A stretch of DNA of 64,000 bases from a virus, in the IMG/VR virus record IMGVR_UViG_3300035565_000042, positions 1-64,000 of that record. One strand, written 5' to 3'. The notes beneath the pieces were generated by a model. The model ran no database searches and was not told the DNA's origin. It saw only the letters and a program-made list of their open reading frames with translations. Position 1 is the first letter of the stretch; each line of letters starts with the position of its first letter. The position numbers were made by a program, and so were the translations under genes. Positions 31,433 through 40,608 of this stretch are shown one piece after another.

Positions 31433-31858
31433 CTACTTTTTTTTGTCAGAAGGTTTTATTGATAGATCGCCTTCCGTATCTTTCTCCAGCTTGACAATCC
31501 GCGGTGTGCCGGGTATTGCTGTTGGCGTAATCCATTTGATGAATGACAAAAACCTTGCGTTCCAGCGGATGATCTCTTCCTTGGACTCAGCATCACGCAT
31601 GACAACAAAGACTCTGTATCCATCCGATGAGGCTTCCAGATATGGTACAAGTTGTTTATCGGGGCTTGCTGACGTGACATATGCCTGACCATTGGCAATC
31701 TTGGTAAACGATGCGATTGTATGACCTTTCGTTATATGCATCATCCAATCTGTCTTCTCAACGGGATCACCAATATCCGGCGGATTTGGTCCTTTGTTCT
31801 TCAATTTCTTCTTTTCAGCTTTACGCTGATCCAATGTTTTCTGACTTGTTATACTCAT
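31433..31858 (-). CDS. Hypothetical protein, 141 aa
   Basis: ORF packed in the operon (ATGA overlap). Confidence 0.6.
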   Translation of the reverse strand: MSITSQKTLDQRKAEKKKLKNKGPNPPDIGDPVEKTDWMMHITKGHTIASFTKIANGQAYVTSASPDKQLVPYLEASSDGYRVFVVMRDAESKEEIIRWNARFLSFIKWITPTAIPGTPRIVKLEKDTEGDLSIKPSDKKK

Positions 31859-33375
31859 GACTTCAATTTGTTAATTATGTTTTCTCTTGTCTTATCATCA
31901 ATAACGAATTTTTCCTTGATGTCAATAGCCTGTTTTACTCTCTGGTACTGACCTACGGTAGCTCCATGAGTAACATCATATCCTTTGACAGCAAGATAAC
32001 GTATCTGCCATTCCTGGCATGGTAGGTTGCTTATTAGTTCTGAGGCCTGCATCTTTGTATACTCGGTATCCTCAACCCATATCTGAGCTCTTTTAAGCCA
32101 GTCGATTTGTTTCTCGGTAGCCGGTTCAAGCATTTTCTCACTACTCCATACTTTGACTTGTGGAAGCTTTAGCAGGTCTATCTTCTTATCTTTGCCATAA
32201 CTAAGCTGAACATATCTCTCTCTGCGCTTACGTTCTTCTTCCAGAAGTTTCTCTTTATGTTCTTTTGGAAGGAACAACTTATCAGCAATAGGTACATCTT
32301 TCTCGAGCTCGTAAGCATTGATCAGTGATAACCGGCCGGTATTGTCTACGAAGTCAAGAACAATACATGCATCGGAACTATATTTCTGAACAAATGTCTG
32401 AGATTTCAACCTTGTCCCCCTGCCAAGACATTGAATATACAAAGTCTCTGATTGTGTGGGCCGGCACATCATAATACATCCGATATCATTGTAGTCAAAT
32501 CCTTCGGTTAGGATCTCGCAGTTTGTGAGAACTGTTATCGATCCATCTTTAAATCCTTTGATCAGTTCTGAACGGTTATCACAACGATCCTTGTCTGAAG
32601 ATACTGTCTCACATATGATACCATTCTTCCGGAATTCATCACGAAGATGATAAGCATGATTAATGTCCACACAATAGGCTATGCCTTGCCGGCCGGGTGT
32701 GTATTGCTTGTATTTCTGAACGATGAGATTATTTCTCAGTTCACTGTCGACCACTTCGCTTAATTGCTTCTGATTGAAATCTCCGGCCACTCTCTTGACC
32801 TTACTGATGTCTGCCTGAGTCTTTACCTGATATGCCTCTACAGTGGCTAAAAACCCGTCTTTGATGCCATCAGCGATGTTATACTCAAATACAAGTTTGT
32901 CAAACAGATTTGACAATGATAATCCATCAAGACGTTTTGGTGTAGCTGTCCATCCTGTCATCAGCTTTGGAGTCCAATGCCTGGCTGTCTCAAGAAAAGT
33001 TCGGCTGGCATAATGATGACATTCATCTATGACAATGAGCTGGAATGTATCAGGATTAATTTTATCAAGACGATTAAATAGAGTCTGTACTGAGGCAACA
33101 ACTATCTTTTTGTCGATCTCAAAAGATTTCTGTTTGACTATGCCTACATTTAAAGGATAGTATTTCTCAATCTCATCATATGCCTGTTGCATGAGTTCTT
33201 CACGATGAACAATGAAAAGACTTCTTGGGAAGTGTTGCATTAGATCTACAGCAGCGAGTCTTTTGCCCGTCCCTGTTGCGGCAACGATTAGTTGTTTGGT
33301 AACGCCCTTATCATAATTCTCCTTGATTGCTTTTTTGCATTCGACCTGGTATGGCCGCCAGTTAATATCTACCAT
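31855..33375 (-). CDS. SF2 (DExH) helicase
   Basis: [33 protein letters not shown]. Confidence 0.93.
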   Translation of the reverse strand: MVDINWRPYQVECKKAIKENYDKGVTKQLIVAATGTGKRLAAVDLMQHFPRSLFIVHREELMQQAYDEIEKYYPLNVGIVKQKSFEIDKKIVVASVQTLFNRLDKINPDTFQLIVIDECHHYASRTFLETARHWTPKLMTGWTATPKRLDGLSLSNLFDKLVFEYNIADGIKDGFLATVEAYQVKTQADISKVKRVAGDFNQKQLSEVVDSELRNNLIVQKYKQYTPGRQGIAYCVDINHAYHLRDEFRKNGIICETVSSDKDRCDNRSELIKGFKDGSITVLTNCEILTEGFDYNDIGCIMMCRPTQSETLYIQCLGRGTRLKSQTFVQKYSSDACIVLDFVDNTGRLSLINAYELEKDVPIADKLFLPKEHKEKLLEEERKRRERYVQLSYGKDKKIDLLKLPQVKVWSSEKMLEPATEKQIDWLKRAQIWVEDTEYTKMQASELISNLPCQEWQIRYLAVKGYDVTHGATVGQYQRVKQAIDIKEKFVIDDKTRENIINKLKS

Positions 33376-33778
33376 TGATATGCTCTTTGATCATTTCCAT
33401 TAGTTCTGCATTCTGATGTTCAGGACTCGTTTCTATATGTCGTTCCTTTATCAGTTCTCTTGCTCTTGTAAGCCAGTTAATGACTATGAAGTCTTTTGTG
33501 TCTATCATGTCATTTACAGTCTTGATAGCATGAAGAACTGTAGCATGATCTCTTCCTCCATGCCGGGCCCCGATTGTAGCCAGACTTTGTTTTGTTAGTT
33601 CCTTGCAAAGAGACATCGATATCTGCCTGGCAACGACATATTCCCTTTTCCTTGCTCCCTTTGTCTTGTCGGGCATAAGCATTTCTTCCTTGCTTATCTC
33701 TGCAGCTGAGGCAGCACAGTCGATAATATCGCTTATAGCGAAGTAATCGGTTTGTGGTAAACTATTATTTCCTTCCAT
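33362..33778 (-). CDS. Stand-alone DnaA domain IV (C-terminal HTH DNA-binding) protein
   Basis: [42 protein letters not shown] is the DnaA signature; no AAA+ domain. Confidence 0.9.
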   Translation of the reverse strand: MEGNNSLPQTDYFAISDIIDCAASAAEISKEEMLMPDKTKGARKREYVVARQISMSLCKELTKQSLATIGARHGGRDHATVLHAIKTVNDMIDTKDFIVINWLTRARELIKERHIETSPEHQNAELMEMIKEHINGRY

Positions 33779-33820
33779 CTGTTTTTGTGTTGGTTGTCAA
33801 TAATAAGATAATTATTTTTA

Positions 33821-34408
33821 TTAAGTAGATAACTTCGGATTTATGAGTAGATCACTCCGGATTGATTCAAGGTATTCTTTTATGAGTACTTTCTTGAACT
33901 TGATTTTTCGTGGTTTGCCGGTGTTATCAGTGAACTGGTATGCTTTAGGAATGAATGTTTCAGCGAATAACTGGACAGGGATTATCTTCTGTACATAGAT
34001 ATGATATTTCTGATATACCCACTTCATATTCAACGGGAATGTTATCGCAGACGTATTGTGAGGCCCTATGAAAGTTCCTTTGACATCTATTACTGAAAAG
34101 TTGGTTTTTCCCTGAGCAACGAAGATGGCATCTTTGACATTGCACTTCTGGTTGAGATTAAGAAATATCTTTCCTATCCATTCCGGGTTCCAGTGTATCA
34201 GGAAGTCAGCCTGGTACTGATGATCATTGATAATTACCGAGTCTTTGGAAACAGTCTTTGTTTTGAGTATCTTGTCGTAGACATGGACTATTCGATCACT
34301 AAGGATGAAAGGCTTTGGATGGTAGTGCCAATCTGTTATCACTCTATTTTCGCGTAACTCTTCCAGATACCACGAGAAGTAGAGTTCTTCTGAACTATCA
34401 TACTGCAT
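33821..34408 (-). CDS. PD-(D/E)xK nuclease (DUF1064-like)
   Basis: YDSSEE...YQADFLI...VIDVKG. Confidence 0.7.
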   Translation of the reverse strand: MQYDSSEELYFSWYLEELRENRVITDWHYHPKPFILSDRIVHVYDKILKTKTVSKDSVIINDHQYQADFLIHWNPEWIGKIFLNLNQKCNVKDAIFVAQGKTNFSVIDVKGTFIGPHNTSAITFPLNMKWVYQKYHIYVQKIIPVQLFAETFIPKAYQFTDNTGKPRKIKFKKVLIKEYLESIRSDLLINPKLST

Positions 34409-34444
34409 AAATGAAAATGTTAACGTATCTCGCGATAAAGATAT

Positions 34445-34477
34445 AAAAAAAGACCGATACGTTTTCCATATCGACCC
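34445..34477 (-). terminator. Intrinsic terminator
   Basis: Minus strand GGTCGATATG-GAAAA-CGTATCGGTC followed by a T run, just after the 34485 stop. Confidence 0.65.
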
Positions 34478-34484
34478 TAATTAA

Positions 34485-34967
34485 TTACTTTATTTTTAAA
34501 ACAAGTTCTTTGACTAATTTGTCAAGAAGTTCGGTAATTTCCTTGCTTCCTTTTGTTAGCTGAGCAATGCTGAGTTGATGGCAAAGGTATTCCTGTACAG
34601 AAGTTGTTCTCCATCCTTTCATGTTTTCAAATCCTTCAGGGACGAGAGCATTAATAGAAGGCATTGGAAATTTACTTGACTTGTACCAGGAAAGGAATGA
34701 ACACTGAGTAGATTCGATATCCCTCTGAACTCTCGAATAATACTTGTCAGGTTTTTCTACGGTTATCGCTTTATCGACATCTTTTGCAAGTGCAATAAGA
34801 CATGAGAAATTCTGACCGAGAGTTGTTCTGGCAAAATCTTTCTCAAAGTTCAAATACTCTTTCGATTTCAGGATCTTGTCTATTCGCTCCTGTACGATAG
34901 TGTTGATTCGGTTTGCACCTTCTGTTGCAAGGGTCTTCAGTTCTGTTGGCGTTAATTGTCTGTTCAT
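34485..34967 (-). CDS. Hypothetical protein, 160 aa
   Basis: ORF with a TAACCAAA leader. Confidence 0.6.
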   Translation of the reverse strand: MNRQLTPTELKTLATEGANRINTIVQERIDKILKSKEYLNFEKDFARTTLGQNFSCLIALAKDVDKAITVEKPDKYYSRVQRDIESTQCSFLSWYKSSKFPMPSINALVPEGFENMKGWRTTSVQEYLCHQLSIAQLTKGSKEITELLDKLVKELVLKIK

Positions 34968-35001
34968 TTTTTAAGTTTTACTTTGGTTATGAAATTGGCT
35001 T

Positions 35002-35655
35002 TTATAAGATTCCGTTATCTGCAAAAGAATAGTATTCCTTCTCTGAAACAATGATATGATCCAGAAGCTGAACATCAAATATATTTCCGGCTTCTTTTAC
35101 TTTTTGTGTTATCCTGGTATCGGATTCACTCGGGTTAAGATTGCCCGATGGATGGTTATGACAGATTATCAGTCCGGATGCTTTGTATTCAAGGGCAACA
35201 CGAAGTATTATCCTGATATCAGTTACTGTCCCATTGATTCCTCCTTGGCTCATTTTTTCTCTGTGAAGAATTTTATTGCTCCTATTTAGGTAAACAACCC
35301 AGAATTCTTCATGATCGAGATCCTGCAGATATGGTGTAAATAGATCGGCCATGTCTTTAGAACATTTGATCTGGAACCTATCAGGAAATGCCTGAATGGA
35401 TCTTCTTTTCATAAATTCTCCGGTTGCGATTAACCTTGTTGCCTGGGAATGAGATAAACCATTCTTTACCATGTCTGCATAACTCAACTTTGTAACCATG
35501 TTAAAATTGAATTCGCAATGGCTATAGATTATTCTGGCGCGTTCAATGGAATTCGTACCTGCCATTATGATAGAAAGAGTTTCAACATCAGATAGGGTAT
35601 TCACTCCTTTGTCTATGATCTTGTAGTTAGGATCATCAAGTCTTTTTTGTTTCAT
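35002..35655 (-). CDS. radC: RadC-family JAB/MPN domain protein
   Basis: LSDVETLSII, HEEFWVVYLNRSN, HNHPSGNLNPSESD, LLDHII, YYSFADNG. Confidence 0.95.
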   Translation of the reverse strand: MKQKRLDDPNYKIIDKGVNTLSDVETLSIIMAGTNSIERARIIYSHCEFNFNMVTKLSYADMVKNGLSHSQATRLIATGEFMKRRSIQAFPDRFQIKCSKDMADLFTPYLQDLDHEEFWVVYLNRSNKILHREKMSQGGINGTVTDIRIILRVALEYKASGLIICHNHPSGNLNPSESDTRITQKVKEAGNIFDVQLLDHIIVSEKEYYSFADNGIL

Positions 35656-35822
35656 ACGTCTTCCTCCGTTAATATTCCATGTTCGATAAGTTTTGCATTG
35701 AATTCCTTTTCAAGTTCCTTACGAAGAGTAAACATTGCATTCAGAGCTATCTGCTCGTAGGTACTGATGTTTGCTGAGGCTTTCTTTTCGGCCTCATAGA
35801 TTTCTTTATTTGTCCTCGCCAT
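35652..35822 (-). CDS. Small helical hypothetical protein, 56 aa (MARTNKEIYE...), not in the ORF track
   Basis: Translated by hand; ATGA overlap with radC. Confidence 0.55.
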   Translation of the reverse strand: MARTNKEIYEAEKKASANISTYEQIALNAMFTLRKELEKEFNAKLIEHGILTEEDV

Positions 35823-36108
35823 ATACTTTCTTAATTATGGAAAGTGAATGTTCAGCAACCATCTCGTTTATATCAATGATGTTCTTTGATGAAGCGTCAA
35901 TGCCAAGATATCTCTCGACATACAGTTCGGCAAGATTTAGCGGAGAACCTACTATTTTGTTCTCCATGTATGACCAGACGAAATATCCTCTTGGATCAAC
36001 ATTAAGAAGATTGATACAGTCATCCACGAAGTTCTGTGGCAGGGCCGTATCAATACTTCTCTTTTCGTCATCAGCCAATACCAGGTCTATGAGTTGTCCT
36101 TTTGTCAT
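35806..36108 (-). CDS. Hypothetical protein, 100 aa
   Basis: ORF in the operon. Confidence 0.6.
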   Translation of the reverse strand: MTKGQLIDLVLADDEKRSIDTALPQNFVDDCINLLNVDPRGYFVWSYMENKIVGSPLNLAELYVERYLGIDASSKNIIDINEMVAEHSLSIIKKVYGEDK

Positions 36109-36113
36109 GGTAT

Positions 36114-36305
36114 CTATATTACAAGTTCAAGCGTTTCTTTATCTCCGTATGCTGATAAATGAAGTTGGGCACAGAATTCCAGAAGCTTGTCGTAAACATA
36201 TTCATCCTCACAGATTACCTTTCGGCTCCATATAGTCTCAATAAAATCTTTATCAGACTTTATAGAGTCGACCATTTTTCTTGTTACAAGAAGTTGTTCT
36301 GGCAT
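36114..36305 (-). CDS. Hypothetical protein, 63 aa
   Basis: ORF in the operon. Confidence 0.55.
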   Translation of the reverse strand: MPEQLLVTRKMVDSIKSDKDFIETIWSRKVICEDEYVYDKLLEFCAQLHLSAYGDKETLELVI

Positions 36306-36306
36306 C

Positions 36307-36564
36307 TCAGATCTGCTTTAATTGTCCTAATACAACTCTGTACGGAACTTTAGTATAGAGTCTGTCCGGAGTCTTTACTTCTTCATTGAAGTACTTACCG
36401 ACATGTAAAGTCGGAACGAGCATCTTGTTGAACTTCTCAATAGGAACATTGTCATAAGCATAGACATTTCCATTAAGGAACTCAACATAAAGTTTCCTTG
36501 TGTCCGGATCGTATCCTACGGATCTGATCATCTTGGACGATACTGGGTGCATTGTGATATTCAT
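36307..36564 (-). CDS. KTSC domain protein
   Basis: PVSSKMIRSVGYD...LYVEF.NG.VYAY.NVP...VGKYFN. Confidence 0.9.
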   Translation of the reverse strand: MNITMHPVSSKMIRSVGYDPDTRKLYVEFLNGNVYAYDNVPIEKFNKMLVPTLHVGKYFNEEVKTPDRLYTKVPYRVVLGQLKQI

Positions 36565-36710
36565 TGGTCGTTCTTTTGGGATTCATACTTTGCCTCTCCT
36601 TCCTGTTCACGAAGGTCATCCTTCTCATCTTCTGACAAAGGATTTTCTTCTTCGTTCCATGGAGCTCGCGGATCATTGTCTGAACCGATTGGTAAATAAC
36701 CGTCACTCAT
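36561..36710 (-). CDS. Small acidic protein, 49 aa (MSDGYLPIGSDNDPRAPWNEEE...), not in the ORF track
   Basis: Translated by hand; ATGA overlap with the KTSC gene; preferred over the listed 36482..36706 frame. Confidence 0.65.
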   Translation of the reverse strand: MSDGYLPIGSDNDPRAPWNEEENPLSEDEKDDLREQEGEAKYESQKNDQ

Positions 36711-36740
36711 TTTATTTAAAGTTTGTGAATGGAATAATTG

Positions 36741-38084
36741 CTATGCCACTTCTTTCACGCGTTTCCGCGACTTACTGGCTTTCTCGATGGCAGGTATGCA
36801 ACTCTGGGCGAGCTTTACAATTTTTCTATGATACTTTGAATCTTTGTTGCAGGCACCTCTTGCCTGAATAAGCTTCATACTTACCAGCGATACTTCTATA
36901 GTCTCAAGGAATTTGTTGTTTTTTCTGGCTGAGAGAATAAGAGTATCTGGCTTTTTGTGATAATCATTCGAGTACACGCAATGGTGAAGTGCTTTGCCTT
37001 CCATGTAGATTTCCTTTACGTGTCTTGGGACAACAATCTTTATTTCTCCATCTGCAAATGCCAATCCTATGAATTTGCCTTTGAGTTTCTGGTACTCAAT
37101 ATTTGCCTTTTCAAGTTCTGCTTCAATCCGGGCCAGTTCTTCCTTGTTACGTATCTTCTGTCTCCTGTCTATAAGTTTCTGATGTTCCTTGTTAAGATTT
37201 GCCGGGCAGATGAACTTTGGATTGTGTGTATCCTTATGGAAATATTCAAGTAGTTCAAGATGATCGAGCCACATACTCGTATCACGGATGATATAACCAT
37301 TGCGGATACATATCTTGATCTGTTGCCAGTATTTCGTCCAAAGCTTATCCTTTGGCTCGAATGCCTTCAGAAGACTTATCTGACCAGTTTTAAGCAAAGT
37401 TTCAGCTATCGGATATGCAAGGATAATATGGAAGAACCAAGACTGGTTAAACTCATGGAAATTGCCTTTAAATCCATTCCTACGGATAATAGGCAATATC
37501 TTCCTTCCAGGGAAAGTAGGAATTTTGTTTATGAAATATGTATCGTTATCATTTCGTCTTACCTCCATTGGTGTATCGTAACACCATGCAGTCTGTCCTG
37601 ATCTCCAGCCACCCATTGAATTTTTCTTTATCGCAAGGACAGTAAACCTACCATCAGGTGCTATCCAGTGCTGGTACACCTCGATACATGAGTAACTGGC
37701 TTTATATCCTTTCTTGTAATACTGCATTAAAAAGAACATTCTTACTATCTGAAATCCATGAAAGGTAGTCATGATCTGGAAATATCCCCATTCCTGTTTG
37801 CTCCAAGCCTTACTATCAGTTACCTTCAGTTTGTTCTTACACTTAGGGCAATCACAACCAAGCAATGAACTAATGAGATTGGTTTCAACATTCCAGGCAT
37901 GACCACACTCAAAACATACAGTGGTGTGTTTTGTCTTGTATGCCCATCTTGTGAATACTTTCTTCCATGCCCATTCCTTATGCTTGTTTGTGATCTTCGG
38001 AAGCTTGGCACTCAGTTTTATTACTTCATGATGAAGTTTTGTCTGTGGTTTCATTTTACTTTTATTAGCTGATATGATCCCCAT
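36741..38084 (-). CDS. PcfJ-like protein (likely start MKPQTK)
   Basis: CFECG..CPKC Zn ribbon, KICIRNGYII.D..MW.D, EGKALHHCV, ETIEV, QARGACN; adjacent to PcfK. Confidence 0.88.
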   Translation of the reverse strand: MGIISANKSKMKPQTKLHHEVIKLSAKLPKITNKHKEWAWKKVFTRWAYKTKHTTVCFECGHAWNVETNLISSLLGCDCPKCKNKLKVTDSKAWSKQEWGYFQIMTTFHGFQIVRMFFLMQYYKKGYKASYSCIEVYQHWIAPDGRFTVLAIKKNSMGGWRSGQTAWCYDTPMEVRRNDNDTYFINKIPTFPGRKILPIIRRNGFKGNFHEFNQSWFFHIILAYPIAETLLKTGQISLLKAFEPKDKLWTKYWQQIKICIRNGYIIRDTSMWLDHLELLEYFHKDTHNPKFICPANLNKEHQKLIDRRQKIRNKEELARIEAELEKANIEYQKLKGKFIGLAFADGEIKIVVPRHVKEIYMEGKALHHCVYSNDYHKKPDTLILSARKNNKFLETIEVSLVSMKLIQARGACNKDSKYHRKIVKLAQSCIPAIEKASKSRKRVKEVA

Positions 38085-38296
38085 CCTTTCTCAAAATGAG
38101 TACATTTTTCCTGCTTTGCAAGTTGTTTAGCGCGAGTTATAGCTGCAGTTTTGCTGGAAGCATAGAATGTGATGCATCCTGGATTTGCAAGTATTTCGCA
38201 ACTAAGATCATCTACAGATAAGCATAACTGAGCTATTTTCTGATTATCGGAGTAATCCTTATATACCCCGAAATAATACTTGAGTGTTTTCATCAA
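38051..38296 (-). CDS. Hypothetical protein, 81 aa, between pcfK and pcfJ
   Basis: ORF overlapping both neighbours. Confidence 0.5.
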   Translation of the reverse strand: MMKTLKYYFGVYKDYSDNQKIAQLCLSVDDLSCEILANPGCITFYASSKTAAITRAKQLAKQEKCTHFEKGWGSYQLIKVK

Positions 38297-38775
38297 AATA
38301 AGGATTGTTCAACCGGTTTTGTTTCAGTAACGATCTTCTTATCATCCTCTTTCTTCTCTACGGTAGTTGAGGTAGGCTTGGCTCTCATCTTCTTCTTGAT
38401 CTCATTCTTGAGTTCTTCGATAGCCTTGACTTTCGCTTCAGCTTTCTCTTCTTCGGTGAGATGCACGGTATGGTTTACAACGACCTGGCAATCCATTTTA
38501 GAACCTACATTGATATTGTCCTCATCGAAGTAATGGATTGCCATGTTATAGACTTCATCATCAGTAAAGCCACTGCAACCACTATTCTTGACGGTATTCA
38601 AGATGTATGTAATGCAATCATCCATATTCTTGCCAGGCTTCTGAACTATCTTTGCAAAGAGCGGATCCTTCATGGCACGGCTGACCAGATAATCTCTGAT
38701 TGTCTGCTTAAATGCTGGTGTTGTTTTCATTATCTGTTTGGTATTATTTTTCTGAAAATGATTTGATCTGAACAA
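38293..38775 (-). CDS. PcfK-like / AcrIIA9-family protein (likely start MKTTPAF at 38730)
   Basis: FKQTI..YL..RA..D.LFA...KN.DDCITYILN.VK.SGC.G.TDDEV...AIHY.DEDNI.VG...VVVNH.V.LTEEEKA...SLF matches the Bacteroides PcfK/AcrIIA9 pattern. Confidence 0.88.
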   Translation of the reverse strand: MFRSNHFQKNNTKQIMKTTPAFKQTIRDYLVSRAMKDPLFAKIVQKPGKNMDDCITYILNTVKNSGCSGFTDDEVYNMAIHYFDEDNINVGSKMDCQVVVNHTVHLTEEEKAEAKVKAIEELKNEIKKKMRAKPTSTTVEKKEDDKKIVTETKPVEQSLF

Positions 38776-39098
38776 TACTCTTTCTCAAGATTATTAAAGT
38801 AATACATCGATCCTTTCGGAATAATAAATTCACCAATGACAGATACATCTGAGTATGATCTGTCAGGTTTGTAAGAATAAGAGTGAAATCCTGCTTCAAC
38901 TGTTTGTCGATGATCAGGGCTGTAGCCAAGAGAAAGTACTTGTTTATAAACAACATTAGCAATATACAGGAATCGGAATAGTGAAGATACAAATTGTGTA
39001 TCATTGCAATATAACCATCTTCCTGTCGTTTTATAGCAAATGATATCAGCTTTTGCTTTTCTTGGCTTCGACCAATTGTGCAATATTATTAAACACAT
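38730..39098 (-). CDS. Hypothetical phage protein, 122 aa
   Basis: MCL...DIICYK...GFHSY...FIIPKGS.YY...EY.SDQII, a pattern I recognise from Bacteroidota phages. Confidence 0.65.
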   Translation of the reverse strand: MCLIILHNWSKPRKAKADIICYKTTGRWLYCNDTQFVSSLFRFLYIANVVYKQVLSLGYSPDHRQTVEAGFHSYSYKPDRSYSDVSVIGEFIIPKGSMYYFNNLEKEYCSDQIIFRKIIPNR

Positions 39099-39216
39099 CT
39101 TTTTCTTCTGGATTTAATTCAAGATAACCGTAAGGAATAACAACAGGAACACCATTATTTTAGTGCTCAGATTATTTAGCTCTTTTAGTTGTTCTTGTGT
39201 CATCTTATTTCTGTTA

Positions 39217-39480
39217 TTAATCTAATATTGAGTTTAAGAAATTTAATGCTTCTTCTCCGAATTTTGTTCTGACGTATTCCTGCATGGCAATACCTTCTTG
39301 TCCTTTGTATGTACAATTCTCAGGATCGTAATCAGAATCATGTTGAGCAAATTTTTCGTCAAGTTTTATGATGTCTACCTGAGCTTTATTTGGGCCAGAT
39401 AGTACTGTTAAGAGCATATCAATAGGCGGATCCATATTGAAATACCTTCGAAACGATCTTTGAAGCTGTGGTATAGTCAT
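39217..39480 (-). CDS. Hypothetical protein (likely start MTIPQL)
   Basis: ORF in the operon. Confidence 0.55.
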   Translation of the reverse strand: MTIPQLQRSFRRYFNMDPPIDMLLTVLSGPNKAQVDIIKLDEKFAQHDSDYDPENCTYKGQEGIAMQEYVRTKFGEEALNFLNSILD

Positions 39481-39481
39481 C

Positions 39482-39766
39482 TTATTTCTTTTTATAGAAT
39501 TCAATCACTTCTTTTATCTCTTCAATGGAAAACATTGGCATCCTGCCAAGAATATCACCAGTTTTTGGCTTCCATCGGACGAGTTCGACCTCACGAGTCT
39601 CACTATCCCATGTAAGATATATTCCCTTTGCAAGTTTCATCTCCACAAGAAACCATTCATAACCATGTTGATCAAGAAAGACATTGTCGTATTGTTGTTT
39701 CTGGACAAATCCGAGATCGATCATGTCTTTGTACCTGAATTTTACAGGTCCTGTTGCCATTACCAT
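39482..39766 (-). CDS. Hypothetical protein, 94 aa
   Basis: ORF in the operon. Confidence 0.55.
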   Translation of the reverse strand: MVMATGPVKFRYKDMIDLGFVQKQQYDNVFLDQHGYEWFLVEMKLAKGIYLTWDSETREVELVRWKPKTGDILGRMPMFSIEEIKEVIEFYKKK

Positions 39767-40365
39767 TCTTCCCCTCCAAGTGTTAGTTCTTTCTTAACTT
39801 CAGGTTTTGGATCGGCAAGTTCTTTCTTCTCCTGAGCTATAAGATCAGTAACTTTAGCTTTGCCTTCGTTTATATCCTGAGCTGTGATCTTATGTGGTTT
39901 TACTTCAGGCGATGCTTCAGGGGCCGTTCCTGACATTATCTGTTCACGGGTAAGGGGAACGTCTGGCTCGACCTTTGCCTCGCTTACAGGCTCGCTTTTG
40001 ACTTCTGCGGCCGGTTCTATAACTTCCCCGGTTTCTTCATCAATATCGGGATCCTCTTCATCATTGTCCAGCTCTTCATTTGGTTCTTCAATTACCGATT
40101 CTGGTTTGGCTGGCTTATGAGTTGCCTTGCCTGGCTTTTTTGTCTCTGTAGTTACTGGCTTAACAGGTTCCGGCTTCTTATCCGGAATGACTATTGCTTC
40201 GGCCGGCTTGACAACTTCCAATATCTCTTTGTAGGCAAGAGTATCGACGTTGAATGACAAAGCACCTACTTCTTTGCCATCAACCATGATTACGAGTGTC
40301 AGCACCTTTCCGGGTGCAATGAACTTCTCAAGTTCTTTCCAGTTTATCATTTTTTTAATTTTCAA
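39760..40365 (-). CDS. Acidic Pro/Glu-rich hypothetical protein
   Basis: Short beta-rich N-domain followed by a long disordered acidic tail. Confidence 0.6.
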   Translation of the reverse strand: MKIKKMINWKELEKFIAPGKVLTLVIMVDGKEVGALSFNVDTLAYKEILEVVKPAEAIVIPDKKPEPVKPVTTETKKPGKATHKPAKPESVIEEPNEELDNDEEDPDIDEETGEVIEPAAEVKSEPVSEAKVEPDVPLTREQIMSGTAPEASPEVKPHKITAQDINEGKAKVTDLIAQEKKELADPKPEVKKELTLGGEEW

Positions 40366-40597
40366 GTTTTTCTACTTCTTCAACAAACGCTCTTATTGTA
40401 GTACCAAGATATGTATGTCCAAAAAGAAAGTAATTATAATTAGTTCCTTTTTTCATTGTTACTGGTGGTAATGATTCAACAATAAATTCTGCACCAATAG
40501 GAACAACAACATAAGATGTCTTACCTTCTCCTTTGATATTTACTTTAAGCTTTACCTTATCGCCAATCTGTATCCGGTTTGAATCTTTCCTTCCCAT
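40355..40597 (-). CDS. Small SH3/KOW-like hypothetical protein
   Basis: IQIGDKVKLK beta-barrel-type start. Confidence 0.5.
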   Translation of the reverse strand: MGRKDSNRIQIGDKVKLKVNIKGEGKTSYVVVPIGAEFIVESLPPVTMKKGTNYNYFLFGHTYLGTTIRAFVEEVEKLEN

Positions 40598-40608
40598 AAC
40601 TACGATTG

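Noticed and set aside
35002-35655. RadC/JAB as the protease for the GG motifs of the cargo protein
   Set aside because: RadC-type JABs have no established Ubl-protease role, and this gene sits in the early block far from the virion genes.
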